Assembly (NCBI GenBank): GCA_036704065.1
Contig: DATNQK010000370.1
Span: 1-44,146 of the forward strand
Length of the DNA stretch: 44,146 nt
Origin: Stenomitos sp.
GTDB lineage: Bacteria; Cyanobacteriota; Cyanobacteriia; Thermosynechococcales; Thermosynechococcaceae
Direction: 5' to 3'
In this document: positions 8,939-17,836 of the stretch, in pieces
How positions within the stretch are numbered: position 1 is the stretch's first letter
Layout: every line of letters begins with the position of its first letter
Notes under the pieces: generated by a model
Told to the model about the DNA's origin: nothing
Databases searched by the model: none
What the model saw: the letters and a program-made list of their open reading frames with translations, nothing else
Translations under genes and position numbers: made by a program

Positions 8939-9186
8939 TTCGTTTTTAGTATGCTGCATCGGTTGCCATGGAAGGATTCAACCCCAACAGGCAAATATCG
9001 ATTGCTTTACACGCACTGAAGTAGGTGCATCCTAAAGTGTGAAGAGGCGATCGCAGCTCATTCTGCGACACCGACAATATCAAGCTAAACTAGGGAGTGG
9101 AAAACGTTTCGCCCAGGTTCAAGCTAGGCTCCACAGCCAGTATCAGCTTAGGTTCATTTAGCGACAGTTTTTGAGACTTAAAAGTT

Positions 9187-9417
9187 ATGAGCAATATTCA
9201 AGACAAAATTGAAGAGGCAAGACAGCAAGCGCGTGAAGTTTGCGCTACTGAAGGTGCAGATTCTAGCGCTTGTGCAGTTGCATACGACGAGCTAGAAGAA
9301 TTATCGGCAGAAGCCGCTCACCAACGCGCCAAGGGTGACGAGGGACACAAAACCTCCCTCCAACAGTATTGTGACGACAACCCAGATGCGGCCGAGTGTC
9401 GCTTATACGAGGACTAG
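9187..9417 (+). CDS. cp12: Calvin cycle regulatory protein CP12 (both cysteine pairs)
   Basis: AREVCATEGADSSAC N-terminal pair, acidic core AYDELEELSAE, C-terminal YCDDNPDAAECRLYED. Confidence 0.95.
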   Translation: MSNIQDKIEEARQQAREVCATEGADSSACAVAYDELEELSAEAAHQRAKGDEGHKTSLQQYCDDNPDAAECRLYED

Positions 9418-9468
9418 TCCTCAGTCATCTGTGGAATAAACCTCTAGCAGAGGTTTCGATCCAATCTT

Positions 9469-9506
9469 CAAAAAGTGGCGGTTGCAACAGCACTCGCCAC
9501 TTTTTG
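9469..9506 (+). terminator. Intrinsic terminator after cp12 (symmetric, possibly bidirectional)
   Basis: Perfect 12-bp inverted repeat caaaaagtggcg / cgccactttttg; a second hairpin aaacctct-agc-agaggttt at 9438-9456. Confidence 0.8.
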
Positions 9507-9540
9507 TCATGCTAAAGCCGTTTGCCTTAACCGTTTAACC

Positions 9541-10407
9541 ATGTGGGATGCAATTAGCGATCAGATTCAAGCTGTAACCGGACAACCCTTTAACGTGAAA
9601 GAAATCCACTCTGTGGGGGGTGGCAGCATCAATCGAGCCGTTTGCATTAGCAATGGTCAACAGCGCTATTTTATTAAGCTAAACCAGGCCAGCCAGGTCA
9701 GCATGTTTGAAGCAGAAGCGTTAGGGCTCAAAGATTTAGCTGTATCCAACACTATCTGCATACCGCAAAGTATTTGCTGGGGCACTGTCGAAAACAACAG
9801 TTTTCACGTTCTAGAGTGGCTCGACTTAGGTCGCAACAGTGGCTCCGGGTGGCAAGAGATGGGGCGTCGGCTGGCTCAGTTGCACCGCAGTACTAATGCA
9901 GATCGGTTTGGCTGGCACCGCAACAATACGATTGGCAGCACTTTGCAGCCCAATCCTTGGACCCAAGACTGGAGTACATTTTTCACTGAACACCGCATTG
10001 GTTTTCAATTACAACTAGCGCAACGCCGTGGTGCTCATTTAGCTCAGGCCGAATCACTGTTGCAGGCTTTACCTCAAATCCTGAACCACAACCCTGTTCC
10101 CTCCCTCGTGCATGGCGACCTGTGGTCTGGGAATGCAGGGTTTACGCGCTCAGGAGCACCTGTTTTATTCGATCCTGCGGTTTACTGGGGCGATCGCGAA
10201 GTGGATCTTGCCATGACGGAACTCTTCGGCGGGTTTCCTGCTGCATTTTATGAGGGGTACCAAAATGAATGGCCACTAGATGCAGGTTACGCCCAACGCA
10301 AGACGATCTACAATCTCTACCATATTTTGAATCACTTCAATTTGTTTGGCGGCGGCTATCGTCATCAGGCCGAACAGCTGATGGCCCAGGCGCTAGCATC
10401 TGTATAG
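9541..10407 (+). CDS. Fructosamine kinase family protein
   Basis: VGGGSIN, FIKLN, FEAEALGL, FGWHRNNTIG, PSLVHGDLWSGN, FDPAVYWGDREVDLAMTELFGGF. The true start is probably ATG 9541, because the longer GTG start runs through the terminator. Confidence 0.93.
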   Translation: MWDAISDQIQAVTGQPFNVKEIHSVGGGSINRAVCISNGQQRYFIKLNQASQVSMFEAEALGLKDLAVSNTICIPQSICWGTVENNSFHVLEWLDLGRNSGSGWQEMGRRLAQLHRSTNADRFGWHRNNTIGSTLQPNPWTQDWSTFFTEHRIGFQLQLAQRRGAHLAQAESLLQALPQILNHNPVPSLVHGDLWSGNAGFTRSGAPVLFDPAVYWGDREVDLAMTELFGGFPAAFYEGYQNEWPLDAGYAQRKTIYNLYHILNHFNLFGGGYRHQAEQLMAQALASV

Positions 10408-10771
10408 ATTTCCGCAGCTTTATACAACTGTGGATATTGTCACGAAGGGCCAAAAGAAGTCGAGCGATCGCTGACTGTATGCTTTTGGGAAGTATGAACA
10501 TAGTAGAGTAGCGCCGTTGCAGCACTGATGTTCAGTGCGCCAATAGAATGCTGGGAATCCTGATTTTTATTGAAGAATTTGTCTCACACAAGGCGGGAAC
10601 TTGTAGCGATAGAAACCATCAACAGATAAAGCTGGGATGACGTAACTGCTGCTGACCGAGAGAACGCTTTGCCCCTTCAGTAGGGGGGCAATCTTAGATT
10701 AATAGCAATTCGCTCCTCGTTAATTTTGTCTTTCACCGATTGCACTGGTATTTCTGGAGAATATTTAAGCT

Positions 10772-11512
10772 ATGCGTCTATCCCAACTTGCAACAGTTGC
10801 CTTACTTGGTACAACGCTGGGCACAGGACTTGCCGTTGGCACCCCATTCATTTTGAACGCTAGTTTACCTGCCATGGCTCAAACCGGTGATTATGGCACA
10901 GGTACTGGGGCATCAGAAGATCCAAGTGAAACCAATGGATATACCCCATCCCCAGTTAACCCAGGTTATAGACAATCACCCACATGGAACAATCCTAGAA
11001 GTGGCAACAAACAGGATCGAGCTGCCTTATTGCGGGACCTTAATTTGAGCCCGGCTCAAATGCAAAAAATGCGCTCTATTCGGGCACAGTACAAAGATCA
11101 ACTCCGCGATCGCCAACAACAAGTTAACCAACTCAAAGAGGAATTACTAAGCCTAAGATCTAATGGCTCTTCCACTTCAGAAATCCGAGCAAAATCTCAA
11201 GAATTTAGACGCTTACGCAGCGAAGTACGGAACATGCGTTCCCAGCAATTAATGGCCATGCGTCAGATTTTAAATCCCAACCAGCAATCACGCCTTGATG
11301 CTTTCCTAGCGAGTCGGCGAGATAACTTTAGCCAGGAACGTCCCAATAATCGTAGACAGCGTTTCAACTCAGGTTATAGCCCTGACTCCAGTCCTAGCTA
11401 TACCCCTAACTACACTCCTAACGATAACTCCGGTTATACCCCAAATTACAGGTCTGGCAACAATTCTCGCTACGACTCTAACTACAACTCTGATTACACC
11501 CCTAGCTACTAA
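10772..11512 (+). CDS. Secreted Spy/CpxP-like (LTXXQ-motif) protein with low-complexity Tyr/Asn/Ser/Pro tail
   Basis: Signal peptide ending PAMA-Q; LNLSPAQMQKMRSI and ILNPNQQ motifs bracket a coiled coil; SD ggagaa. Confidence 0.8.
   Translation: MRLSQLATVALLGTTLGTGLAVGTPFILNASLPAMAQTGDYGTGTGASEDPSETNGYTPSPVNPGYRQSPTWNNPRSGNKQDRAALLRDLNLSPAQMQKMRSIRAQYKDQLRDRQQQVNQLKEELLSLRSNGSSTSEIRAKSQEFRRLRSEVRNMRSQQLMAMRQILNPNQQSRLDAFLASRRDNFSQERPNNRRQRFNSGYSPDSSPSYTPNYTPNDNSGYTPNYRSGNNSRYDSNYNSDYTPSY
11365..11509 (+). repeat. Degenerate 12-nt/4-aa repeat (YTPN/YSPD/YDSN/YNSD) coding the C-terminal tail
   Basis: NSGYSPDSSPSYTPNYTPNDNSGYTPNYRSGNNSRYDSNYNSDYTPSY. Confidence 0.8.
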
Positions 11513-11527
11513 AATCCTATAATGGCG

Positions 11528-11570
11528 TCAAAGATTCAGCCGCTGCCATTCAATGCTGTTGGATCTTTGA
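11528..11570 (+). terminator. Stem-loop between convergent genes
   Basis: tcaaagattcagc ... gttggatctttga, 13 bp with two G-U pairs on the + strand; no clear U tract. Confidence 0.5.
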
Positions 11571-11649
11571 GCCCTCTGCACGCTGCAACGTCGATACCAA
11601 TATCCAGGCAAAATAGTTACTCACTTGTATCAGTTGCATCGACAATCTA

Positions 11650-13059
11650 CTAGCGACGACTCGCAACCAATAGGCCAAAGAGGCGATCAAGGGGATGCTC
11701 TATCAAATGAAGATTAAGAAGCTCCAAAGTGCTTTTTTGATGCGTATTAGTCTCCTGCAACACCTGAGTCTCTTTGGACTGTAGCTGTTCATATTCTTGC
11801 ATCAAGATTTTCAGAACAGATGTTGTATTTGCATTGCCATCCAGTTCTAGCCGCAATAAAATACGCTGATCTGTTTTTACTTCAATACAATTGGTATTTA
11901 ATAGACCACAGCCTATATCTTTACAACGCTGTAATGCAGAGGCAAGTGCAACCCAGTCTATAGAAAAAGGAAGATAGATATCCACATTAACTGTAGAAAA
12001 TGGAAATATTTGCTCGCCTTCAGGTATCTTTTGCTCCAGTTTTTCAACTGGTGCAGAGAACTCAGCCCCAAGTGCGGCTGGCTGTGAATTGACAGCAGGA
12101 CTAGGGTCTGAGACAGATAAAGAAAATTGGACATTAGTAAACGTTGGATTCGCAACCCCATCTAGAACAATGTCTGTCGCCGGAAGGGGAAGTTGCTCAA
12201 CAAGATTGTCTTTCTCAGACAACATTGCAGGTTGTTCCACAGCAAAATCTTCGACGACGTCATGCAGCTTGGCGGCATACAAGTTTGCATTCATCACTCT
12301 GATATCTTTTAAATTTGCGCCTCTTAAGTCGGCATCTTTAAAATTTGACTCTCCAAAATTTCCACCACTCATATTTGCCGAATGAAGCGAAGAGTTTTGA
12401 AAATTGGCCCGCTGAAAATTAGCACAATATAAATTACTGCCTGTCAAATCAGCATCATTAACCTGACCTTCAAGGCAAATGACTTTACTTAAATTGGCAT
12501 GGGCAAGGTTAGCATTACTCAAGATTACAAAGCTTAGATCAGACTTAGTGAGATTGGCATAGCTCAAATTCACACTTTGCAGATTGGCTTCTGTAAGAAT
12601 GGCCTTTGTAAGATTAGAGCGCGATAAGTTAGCTTGAATTAAGTTTGCCTCAATCAAAAATGTCTGATCGCCCTGAACTCCTTCTAGATTTGCCCCTCGT
12701 AAATTTGCGCGACAGAAATCTGCTTTTACAAGGCAAGCATGTCTAAGGTTGGATTGAATTAAAAGCGCACTCCCTAAATCTGATTCGCTCAAATCTGCAT
12801 AGCTTAAATCTGCCTCATCAAGAAGTGCAAATCGCAAATGGGCACCTTTCAAGTTTGCATATTTTAGGTTTGCTCCACTTAAGTTTACGCCCACCAAGTT
12901 AATTCCTGCTAGATTGAGTTCCTCTAGATTGGCACCGCTTAGATCAGGACGTTTTGACGCATTATTTTGACGCCACTGGTTCCAACGTTTAACACCACGG
13001 TTTATTAATTGTAGGTAGGCCAAATCTGCCACTGAAGTTTCCTTATCCTTGAACTCCAA
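11650..13059 (-). CDS. Pentapeptide repeat protein with unrecognised C-terminal domain
   Basis: N-terminal GVKRWNQWR...PDLSGANL followed by a long A(D/N)LXX repeat tract; start codon uncertain. Confidence 0.9.
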   Translation of the reverse strand: MEFKDKETSVADLAYLQLINRGVKRWNQWRQNNASKRPDLSGANLEELNLAGINLVGVNLSGANLKYANLKGAHLRFALLDEADLSYADLSESDLGSALLIQSNLRHACLVKADFCRANLRGANLEGVQGDQTFLIEANLIQANLSRSNLTKAILTEANLQSVNLSYANLTKSDLSFVILSNANLAHANLSKVICLEGQVNDADLTGSNLYCANFQRANFQNSSLHSANMSGGNFGESNFKDADLRGANLKDIRVMNANLYAAKLHDVVEDFAVEQPAMLSEKDNLVEQLPLPATDIVLDGVANPTFTNVQFSLSVSDPSPAVNSQPAALGAEFSAPVEKLEQKIPEGEQIFPFSTVNVDIYLPFSIDWVALASALQRCKDIGCGLLNTNCIEVKTDQRILLRLELDGNANTTSVLKILMQEYEQLQSKETQVLQETNTHQKSTLELLNLHLIEHPLDRLFGLLVASRR

Positions 13060-13318
13060 CTGGAGGACGAGCGAAAGACACTTGGACTAACGCGACTTTT
13101 TTTCTTTTATGAATTGATTTCTATGCAGCATAACTTCTGTCAGCCATATTGGCAAAGAGAAAGATTGACGCAGCCTAGACTCTCTCGAACGACACCCTAT
13201 AGATGTACAAGACGTGCTGCCACTTTGTGTACATACAGACTTCCATGTCCCAATTAAAGTCAGAAATATGCCCAGGAAATTAGTGCAACAATAGTTACAG
13301 ACATCTTGAGCAGAGAGT

Positions 13319-13813
13319 ATGACAAAGTTTATCGTATGTGCGTTAGTGATTGTTCTGAACGTCCTGCTTGGGATTTCTGGGCCAGCCATTGCTGCTAGTT
13401 CAGCAGCCATTCGTGCTTATGACGATGTTGCGATCGCCTCCAAGAATTTTGCGGGTCAAAATTTGCAACAAGCGGAATTTAGCAATGCTCAGCTTGCGGG
13501 TGCAAACTTCAAGGCAGCCGATCTGCGGGGCATTGTGTTCAATGGGGCAAATTTACGCCAAGCCAATTTCCAAAATGTCGACATGACCGATGGATTGGCC
13601 TATATCACCGACTTTAGCGAAGCGGACTTCACAAACGCGATTCTACAGGGTGCACTCTTGTTAAAGTCGACCTTTCACAACGCGACTATTACTGGCGCAG
13701 ACTTTAGCGATGCCGTTTTAGACAAGCAACAAGTTGTGGAATTATGCCAGGTCGCCTCTGGAGTGAACCCCACAACCAGTGCAGACACTCGAGAGTCTTT
13801 AGGTTGCGCGTAA
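13319..13813 (+). CDS. Secreted/lumenal pentapeptide repeat protein
   Basis: Signal peptide (PAIA-A), A(N/D)(L/F)XX repeats, C-terminal LCQVASGVNPTTSADTRESLGC cysteine pair typical of cyanobacterial and thylakoid-lumen Rfr proteins. Confidence 0.9.
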   Translation: MTKFIVCALVIVLNVLLGISGPAIAASSAAIRAYDDVAIASKNFAGQNLQQAEFSNAQLAGANFKAADLRGIVFNGANLRQANFQNVDMTDGLAYITDFSEADFTNAILQGALLLKSTFHNATITGADFSDAVLDKQQVVELCQVASGVNPTTSADTRESLGCA

Positions 13814-13864
13814 GCCTGCCTCACCAAGACAATCAGTCGGCGTTGCCTGAATTCCATCCATCAC

Positions 13865-14446
13865 TTAATGTTTTGGTTGCCCACCTTTTGGGAACTGACC
13901 GCGGAGCTTACGAGCCTCCATAGCCCGTTCCAGAAGGTGGAGCATCCCAGGCGCTTCCTCTTGAATCGCCAGCAGCAATTGCTCACCAAGCATGACATCC
14001 TCTGCATCCCCTGGGTCAACGCCAGTCTCCATCACGGTATGCAACCGAGGCAATGCCCAGGCACCCACAATTTCAACTAGCCCATCAAAACAACGATTAA
14101 ACTGCTGTTCTGTAAGGGTCGAGTCTTCTAATGGGAATTCAATAATGGCACGAATTTCGCCATCGGAAGGGTCATACTCCCACTGCAACATCTTCGTTTC
14201 CCAAGAGATGCTCAGCATCGTCTGCAAGATGGCAGCTTTATAGGGATTGTCCTTAACCCCTGCTAAAACTTCAGGCACAAATAGTTTGAAGAAGCGACCC
14301 TCTTCATCCAGCTGAATCACAACCAATATATTCTGCGCATGCTCGACATCTAAGCGAACTAAAATACGCGATTTTTCAGGCTGAATTTGAGTTGTTAGTT
14401 GCCTCGGGGCAAGATAATCCGCAATTTGATCGAGAGTGGCGCTCAT
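13865..14446 (-). CDS. Conserved hypothetical protein, YbjN/chaperone-like fold likely
   Basis: ATG with SD ggag; motif WETKMLQWEYDPSDGEIRAIIEFPLED; fold assignment is from recall only. Confidence 0.75.
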   Translation of the reverse strand: MSATLDQIADYLAPRQLTTQIQPEKSRILVRLDVEHAQNILVVIQLDEEGRFFKLFVPEVLAGVKDNPYKAAILQTMLSISWETKMLQWEYDPSDGEIRAIIEFPLEDSTLTEQQFNRCFDGLVEIVGAWALPRLHTVMETGVDPGDAEDVMLGEQLLLAIQEEAPGMLHLLERAMEARKLRGQFPKGGQPKH

Positions 14447-14694
14447 GGCTCCAGACTATCGGATGAATAGCAATAATACAATTGCCATCATAGGCCGCAT
14501 TTAGACGCTCTCTGACATTGCGGCTTCAATATTAGTCCTATCGCATTCATTAGCGGATCTAATGAGGCCCAGCATGCTGCATCAGCAAAACCAACCGCTG
14601 TGACTGAACTGCAACAAATCCACCTCCGAAAAGTGATTCCCTTAAGATGGAATAAGGACAGTGACTTGCAGCATGTGGATCTAAGGAGCAGCAT

Positions 14695-16392
14695 ATCGAA
14701 ACGATTTATGGCAACCTTCAAGGCCTAAAACCCAATCAAATTAAGCAGCTCAAGCGGTTGTATCATCAGCGGTTGCCTGGCGATCGCATTGCTACCGTTG
14801 AGTTTGCTCAACGTCTTGCCGCCATCAGTACCGAGATTCAACAGCCCATTTGCAGCTATTTGAATCGTCGAGGGCAGGTCATCCGCATCGGTGTCGGTAC
14901 ACCGCGTCAAACGCAGATTTCTCCTTTAGAATTGCCTCGCTATGGCGCAGAACGGCTGAGTGGCATTCGCTGCATTGCCACCAGCCTTAAGGACGAACCA
15001 CCCAGCGAAGCCGCTCTGACTGCGATGGTTTTGCAACGGCTTGATGTACTTGCACTTCTACGCTTGAGCGGAGGCGGGTTTGAGCGACGCGGCGGAGGTG
15101 CCATTGGGTATGTCAAGGATACTTACTTAGCCCACCTCGTTCCCAATGCAGATCACCCGTGGAGCGTTTCAGATTCTCTTAGCCTAGACACTTTAGCGCA
15201 GCAAGATCTACTGGATTTAGTCGCCAGCTTAGAAGACGAATTTCGGCAATCGGATGCCCCCTTCCAAAACAACCAGCATTCTCAGAAAGCGATTGATCGT
15301 GTGGTGCTAGTAGGCCTGATGACCCAAAACATGACACCCGATCAATTTCGGCAGGGGCTAGAAGAACTGCGACTTTTGGTCGAAAGCGCCGGCGGTGTTG
15401 TGCTAGATGAAATTTGCCAAAAGCGATCGCAGAGTCATCCCCAAACCGTTGTGGGCGAGGGCAAGGTTCAAGATATTGCCTTAAGAGCCCAAACCTTAGG
15501 TGCCAACCTGATCGTCTTTAACCGGGATTTATCGCCTGCCCAAGGACGCAACCTGGAAATGCAAATTGGCATTCGCGTGATTGACCGCACTGAAGTCATC
15601 TTGGATATCTTTGCCCAGCGCGCTCAATCGCAAGCCGGAAAACTACAGGTCGAACTGGCCCAGCTAGAATACCGACTGCCCCGCCTCACTGGACGCGGCC
15701 AAGCGATGTCTCGACTGGGGGGCGGCATCGGCACCCGTGGCCCCGGTGAAACCAAGCTGGAAACGGAACGTCGTGTGATTCAACGTCGTGTGAGTCATCT
15801 GCAACAAGAAGTTAATCAATTGCAAGCCCATCGCCTGCGACTACGACAAAAGCGTCAGCATCATGGCGTACCCGTTGTGGCAGTGGTTGGCTATACCAAC
15901 GCGGGCAAATCAACTTTGCTCAATGCACTAACCCATGCAGAGGTGTATGCAGCCGATCAGTTGTTTGCCACCTTAGACCCCACAACTCGACGCACAGTTG
16001 TACCGAACCCAGACAGCACAACGCTAGATCCTGTGTTATTGACCGATACAGTGGGCTTTATCCACGAACTACCGCCGCCTCTGGTGGATGCCTTTCGAGC
16101 CACCCTTGAAGAGGTCACAGATGCCGACGCCTTATTGCACTTGGTGGACTTGTCTCACCCGGCCTGGATGGCACAAATTCGCTCAGTGATGGATATCTTA
16201 CAGGCAATGCCCGTTACGCCAGGGCCAATCCTGCTCGTCTTCAACAAAATCGATCAGGTCGATAGCGAAACCTTGGCGATCGCCACCGACGAGTTTCCAC
16301 AAGCCATCTTTATTTCTGCCTGCGAGCGACATGGCCTGGAAAACCTACGCAAACACATCGGTTATTTAGTTGCCTATGCAGTTCAGGGTTAA
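14695..16392 (+). CDS. hflx: GTPase HflX, long cyanobacterial form; probable ATC start codon
   Basis: ILDIFAQRAQSQAGKLQVELAQLEY, GGGIGTRGPGETKLE, G1 GYTNAGKS, LFATLDPTTR, DTVGFI, NKID. The frame is open upstream of TTG 14758 to ATC 14695, which has SD AAGGAG 6 nt before it. Confidence 0.95.
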   Translation: METIYGNLQGLKPNQIKQLKRLYHQRLPGDRIATVEFAQRLAAISTEIQQPICSYLNRRGQVIRIGVGTPRQTQISPLELPRYGAERLSGIRCIATSLKDEPPSEAALTAMVLQRLDVLALLRLSGGGFERRGGGAIGYVKDTYLAHLVPNADHPWSVSDSLSLDTLAQQDLLDLVASLEDEFRQSDAPFQNNQHSQKAIDRVVLVGLMTQNMTPDQFRQGLEELRLLVESAGGVVLDEICQKRSQSHPQTVVGEGKVQDIALRAQTLGANLIVFNRDLSPAQGRNLEMQIGIRVIDRTEVILDIFAQRAQSQAGKLQVELAQLEYRLPRLTGRGQAMSRLGGGIGTRGPGETKLETERRVIQRRVSHLQQEVNQLQAHRLRLRQKRQHHGVPVVAVVGYTNAGKSTLLNALTHAEVYAADQLFATLDPTTRRTVVPNPDSTTLDPVLLTDTVGFIHELPPPLVDAFRATLEEVTDADALLHLVDLSHPAWMAQIRSVMDILQAMPVTPGPILLVFNKIDQVDSETLAIATDEFPQAIFISACERHGLENLRKHIGYLVAYAVQG

Positions 16393-16416
16393 GTTCAGCC
16401 AAGTTTGAGGCTGAAC
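16393..16416. terminator. Hairpin between convergent hflX and methyltransferase genes
   Basis: gttcagcc-N8-ggctgaac, perfect 8-bp stem. Confidence 0.55.
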
Positions 16417-16427
16417 ATCCATCCCTC

Positions 16428-17165
16428 TTAAAACCGAGACAGAAATAGGTGGAACAGCTCTCCTGATCGCGATTTCACAACTGTTCCCCCTGCCTGCAAA
16501 ATCAACGATTGCCACTCTGTTAGAGTGGGCAGGAAAACCTCTACCCCTAAATAAGTTTCCAAAATAGACCAGTTCTCGGCCAGTTCTTGAGCCGGATCCA
16601 CCGCATCAAAGAGAAACAAGCCTCCAGGCTTCAGCACCCGTTTGACTTCAGCAATTACCGTTTCCCAATAAGACAGCGGGTAATAACAGCTCCATCCAGT
16701 CGCCACCACACCATCGAAACGATTCGCATCATAGCGAAGCGCATGGGCAGCACCCAGTTCTACCCCTTTGAACAACTTAGAGTTCAACTGGGGACCCCGG
16801 CTTTTAAGTGCTTCTTGGGCCACAGTACTAATCTCTTGGCCGTAAAAGAGCGCATCCCAATCTCGCCAAGGATAAACTAAAAAACTAAAACCACACCCTA
16901 AATCCAACCAATGTTGATTTTTCTTGGGCGTGCTGAGCTCCCAAAAGGGGGACGCAATCCGCGATTGCAGACGCCCAGCCACCCAATCTTGAAACACAGG
17001 CATTGCCTCCACCTCTGGCGGCAATTCAAAGGTTTCTCGTTGGTACTCGCGATTAAAACGTTTAGAGACCGAAGCAACTAAGGTTTGCCAATCCACCTCA
17101 GCCTGCGGCAACTCATAGTCACCTGGCCCCCAAGACTGAGAAAATGCTTTCGCGTTTTGCCCCAT
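16428..17165 (-). CDS. Class I SAM-dependent methyltransferase
   Basis: WLDLGCG motif I, FDGVVA, EVKRVLKPGGLFLF. Confidence 0.88.
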   Translation of the reverse strand: MGQNAKAFSQSWGPGDYELPQAEVDWQTLVASVSKRFNREYQRETFELPPEVEAMPVFQDWVAGRLQSRIASPFWELSTPKKNQHWLDLGCGFSFLVYPWRDWDALFYGQEISTVAQEALKSRGPQLNSKLFKGVELGAAHALRYDANRFDGVVATGWSCYYPLSYWETVIAEVKRVLKPGGLFLFDAVDPAQELAENWSILETYLGVEVFLPTLTEWQSLILQAGGTVVKSRSGELFHLFLSRF

Positions 17166-17313
17166 GAGTTTTAAAGCCGTGCGTTAAGCTTCATTCTAAG
17201 GGTGTTCTGCCCATTTCGCAGAGGATATAGTGAGATGAGCAAAGAGGTTGACTCCCCTTTACCCATCGACACAGCTTACACAGCCTTAGCTGCTACAAGC
17301 CAAACCTTACGGT

Positions 17314-17592
17314 CTATTTGCCTGCAACTTTTTCCTTAAAGGCTTTCCCAGCAGTGAAACCTGGGGTGCTAGTAGCCGCAATTTTGAGCGGTTCGCCAGT
17401 TTTGGGGTTGCGACCTTCCCGTGCAGCCCGCTCGCGCTTTTCAAAACTCCCAAAGCCAACCAGCGTTACCTTATCGCCTGCGCTAACGGCTTCCACAATA
17501 ATCTCAAGTGCAGCACTGAGTATCGCGTCCGCATCTTTCTTGGTGACGTCGACTTTAGCTGCGATCGCATCGACTAATTCGCCTTTATTCAT
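17314..17592 (-). CDS. hup: DNA-binding protein HU
   Basis: MNKGELVDAIA...VTLVGFGSFE...REGRNPKTGE; ATG 17592 with SD gagg. Confidence 0.97.
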   Translation of the reverse strand: MNKGELVDAIAAKVDVTKKDADAILSAALEIIVEAVSAGDKVTLVGFGSFEKRERAAREGRNPKTGEPLKIAATSTPGFTAGKAFKEKVAGK

Positions 17593-17836
17593 GAAATCCA
17601 TCCTCACAACGTCCTTGAGGATTGTAACGCAAGCATTTCAGGTGTCAACAGAAAATGGCGCTTAAACTTCAACTTCAGCCACAATTGCAACAATTGACGT
17701 TGCAAAACCAATGGCCAACACCCCTCTTTAGACCCACGACCGTAGCGATATAACAACACTCAACACTATCCACAGGCCCAAACCAGCCTAGAGAAGGGTG
17801 TAAACTCAAGCACATCCATTGCAGGGCATCCTAGCC

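Noticed and set aside
9475-9540. N-terminal extension of the fructosamine kinase from GTG 9475
   Set aside because: Runs through the cp12 terminator hairpin; ATG 9541 is the more plausible start.
13087-13410. 107-aa minus-strand ORF
   Set aside because: Overlaps the start of the secreted pentapeptide gene on the other strand; composition not protein-like.
14488-14721. 77-aa minus-strand ORF upstream of the YbjN-like gene
   Set aside because: Overlaps the inferred hflX start and SD on the opposite strand; no family features.
17318-17665. 115-aa + strand ORF
   Set aside because: Antisense shadow of the HU gene with no independent coding signal.
17610-17836. tRNA or att site at the left border of the polysaccharide locus
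   Set aside because: No cloverleaf, T-loop motif or matching direct repeat at the other border was found.
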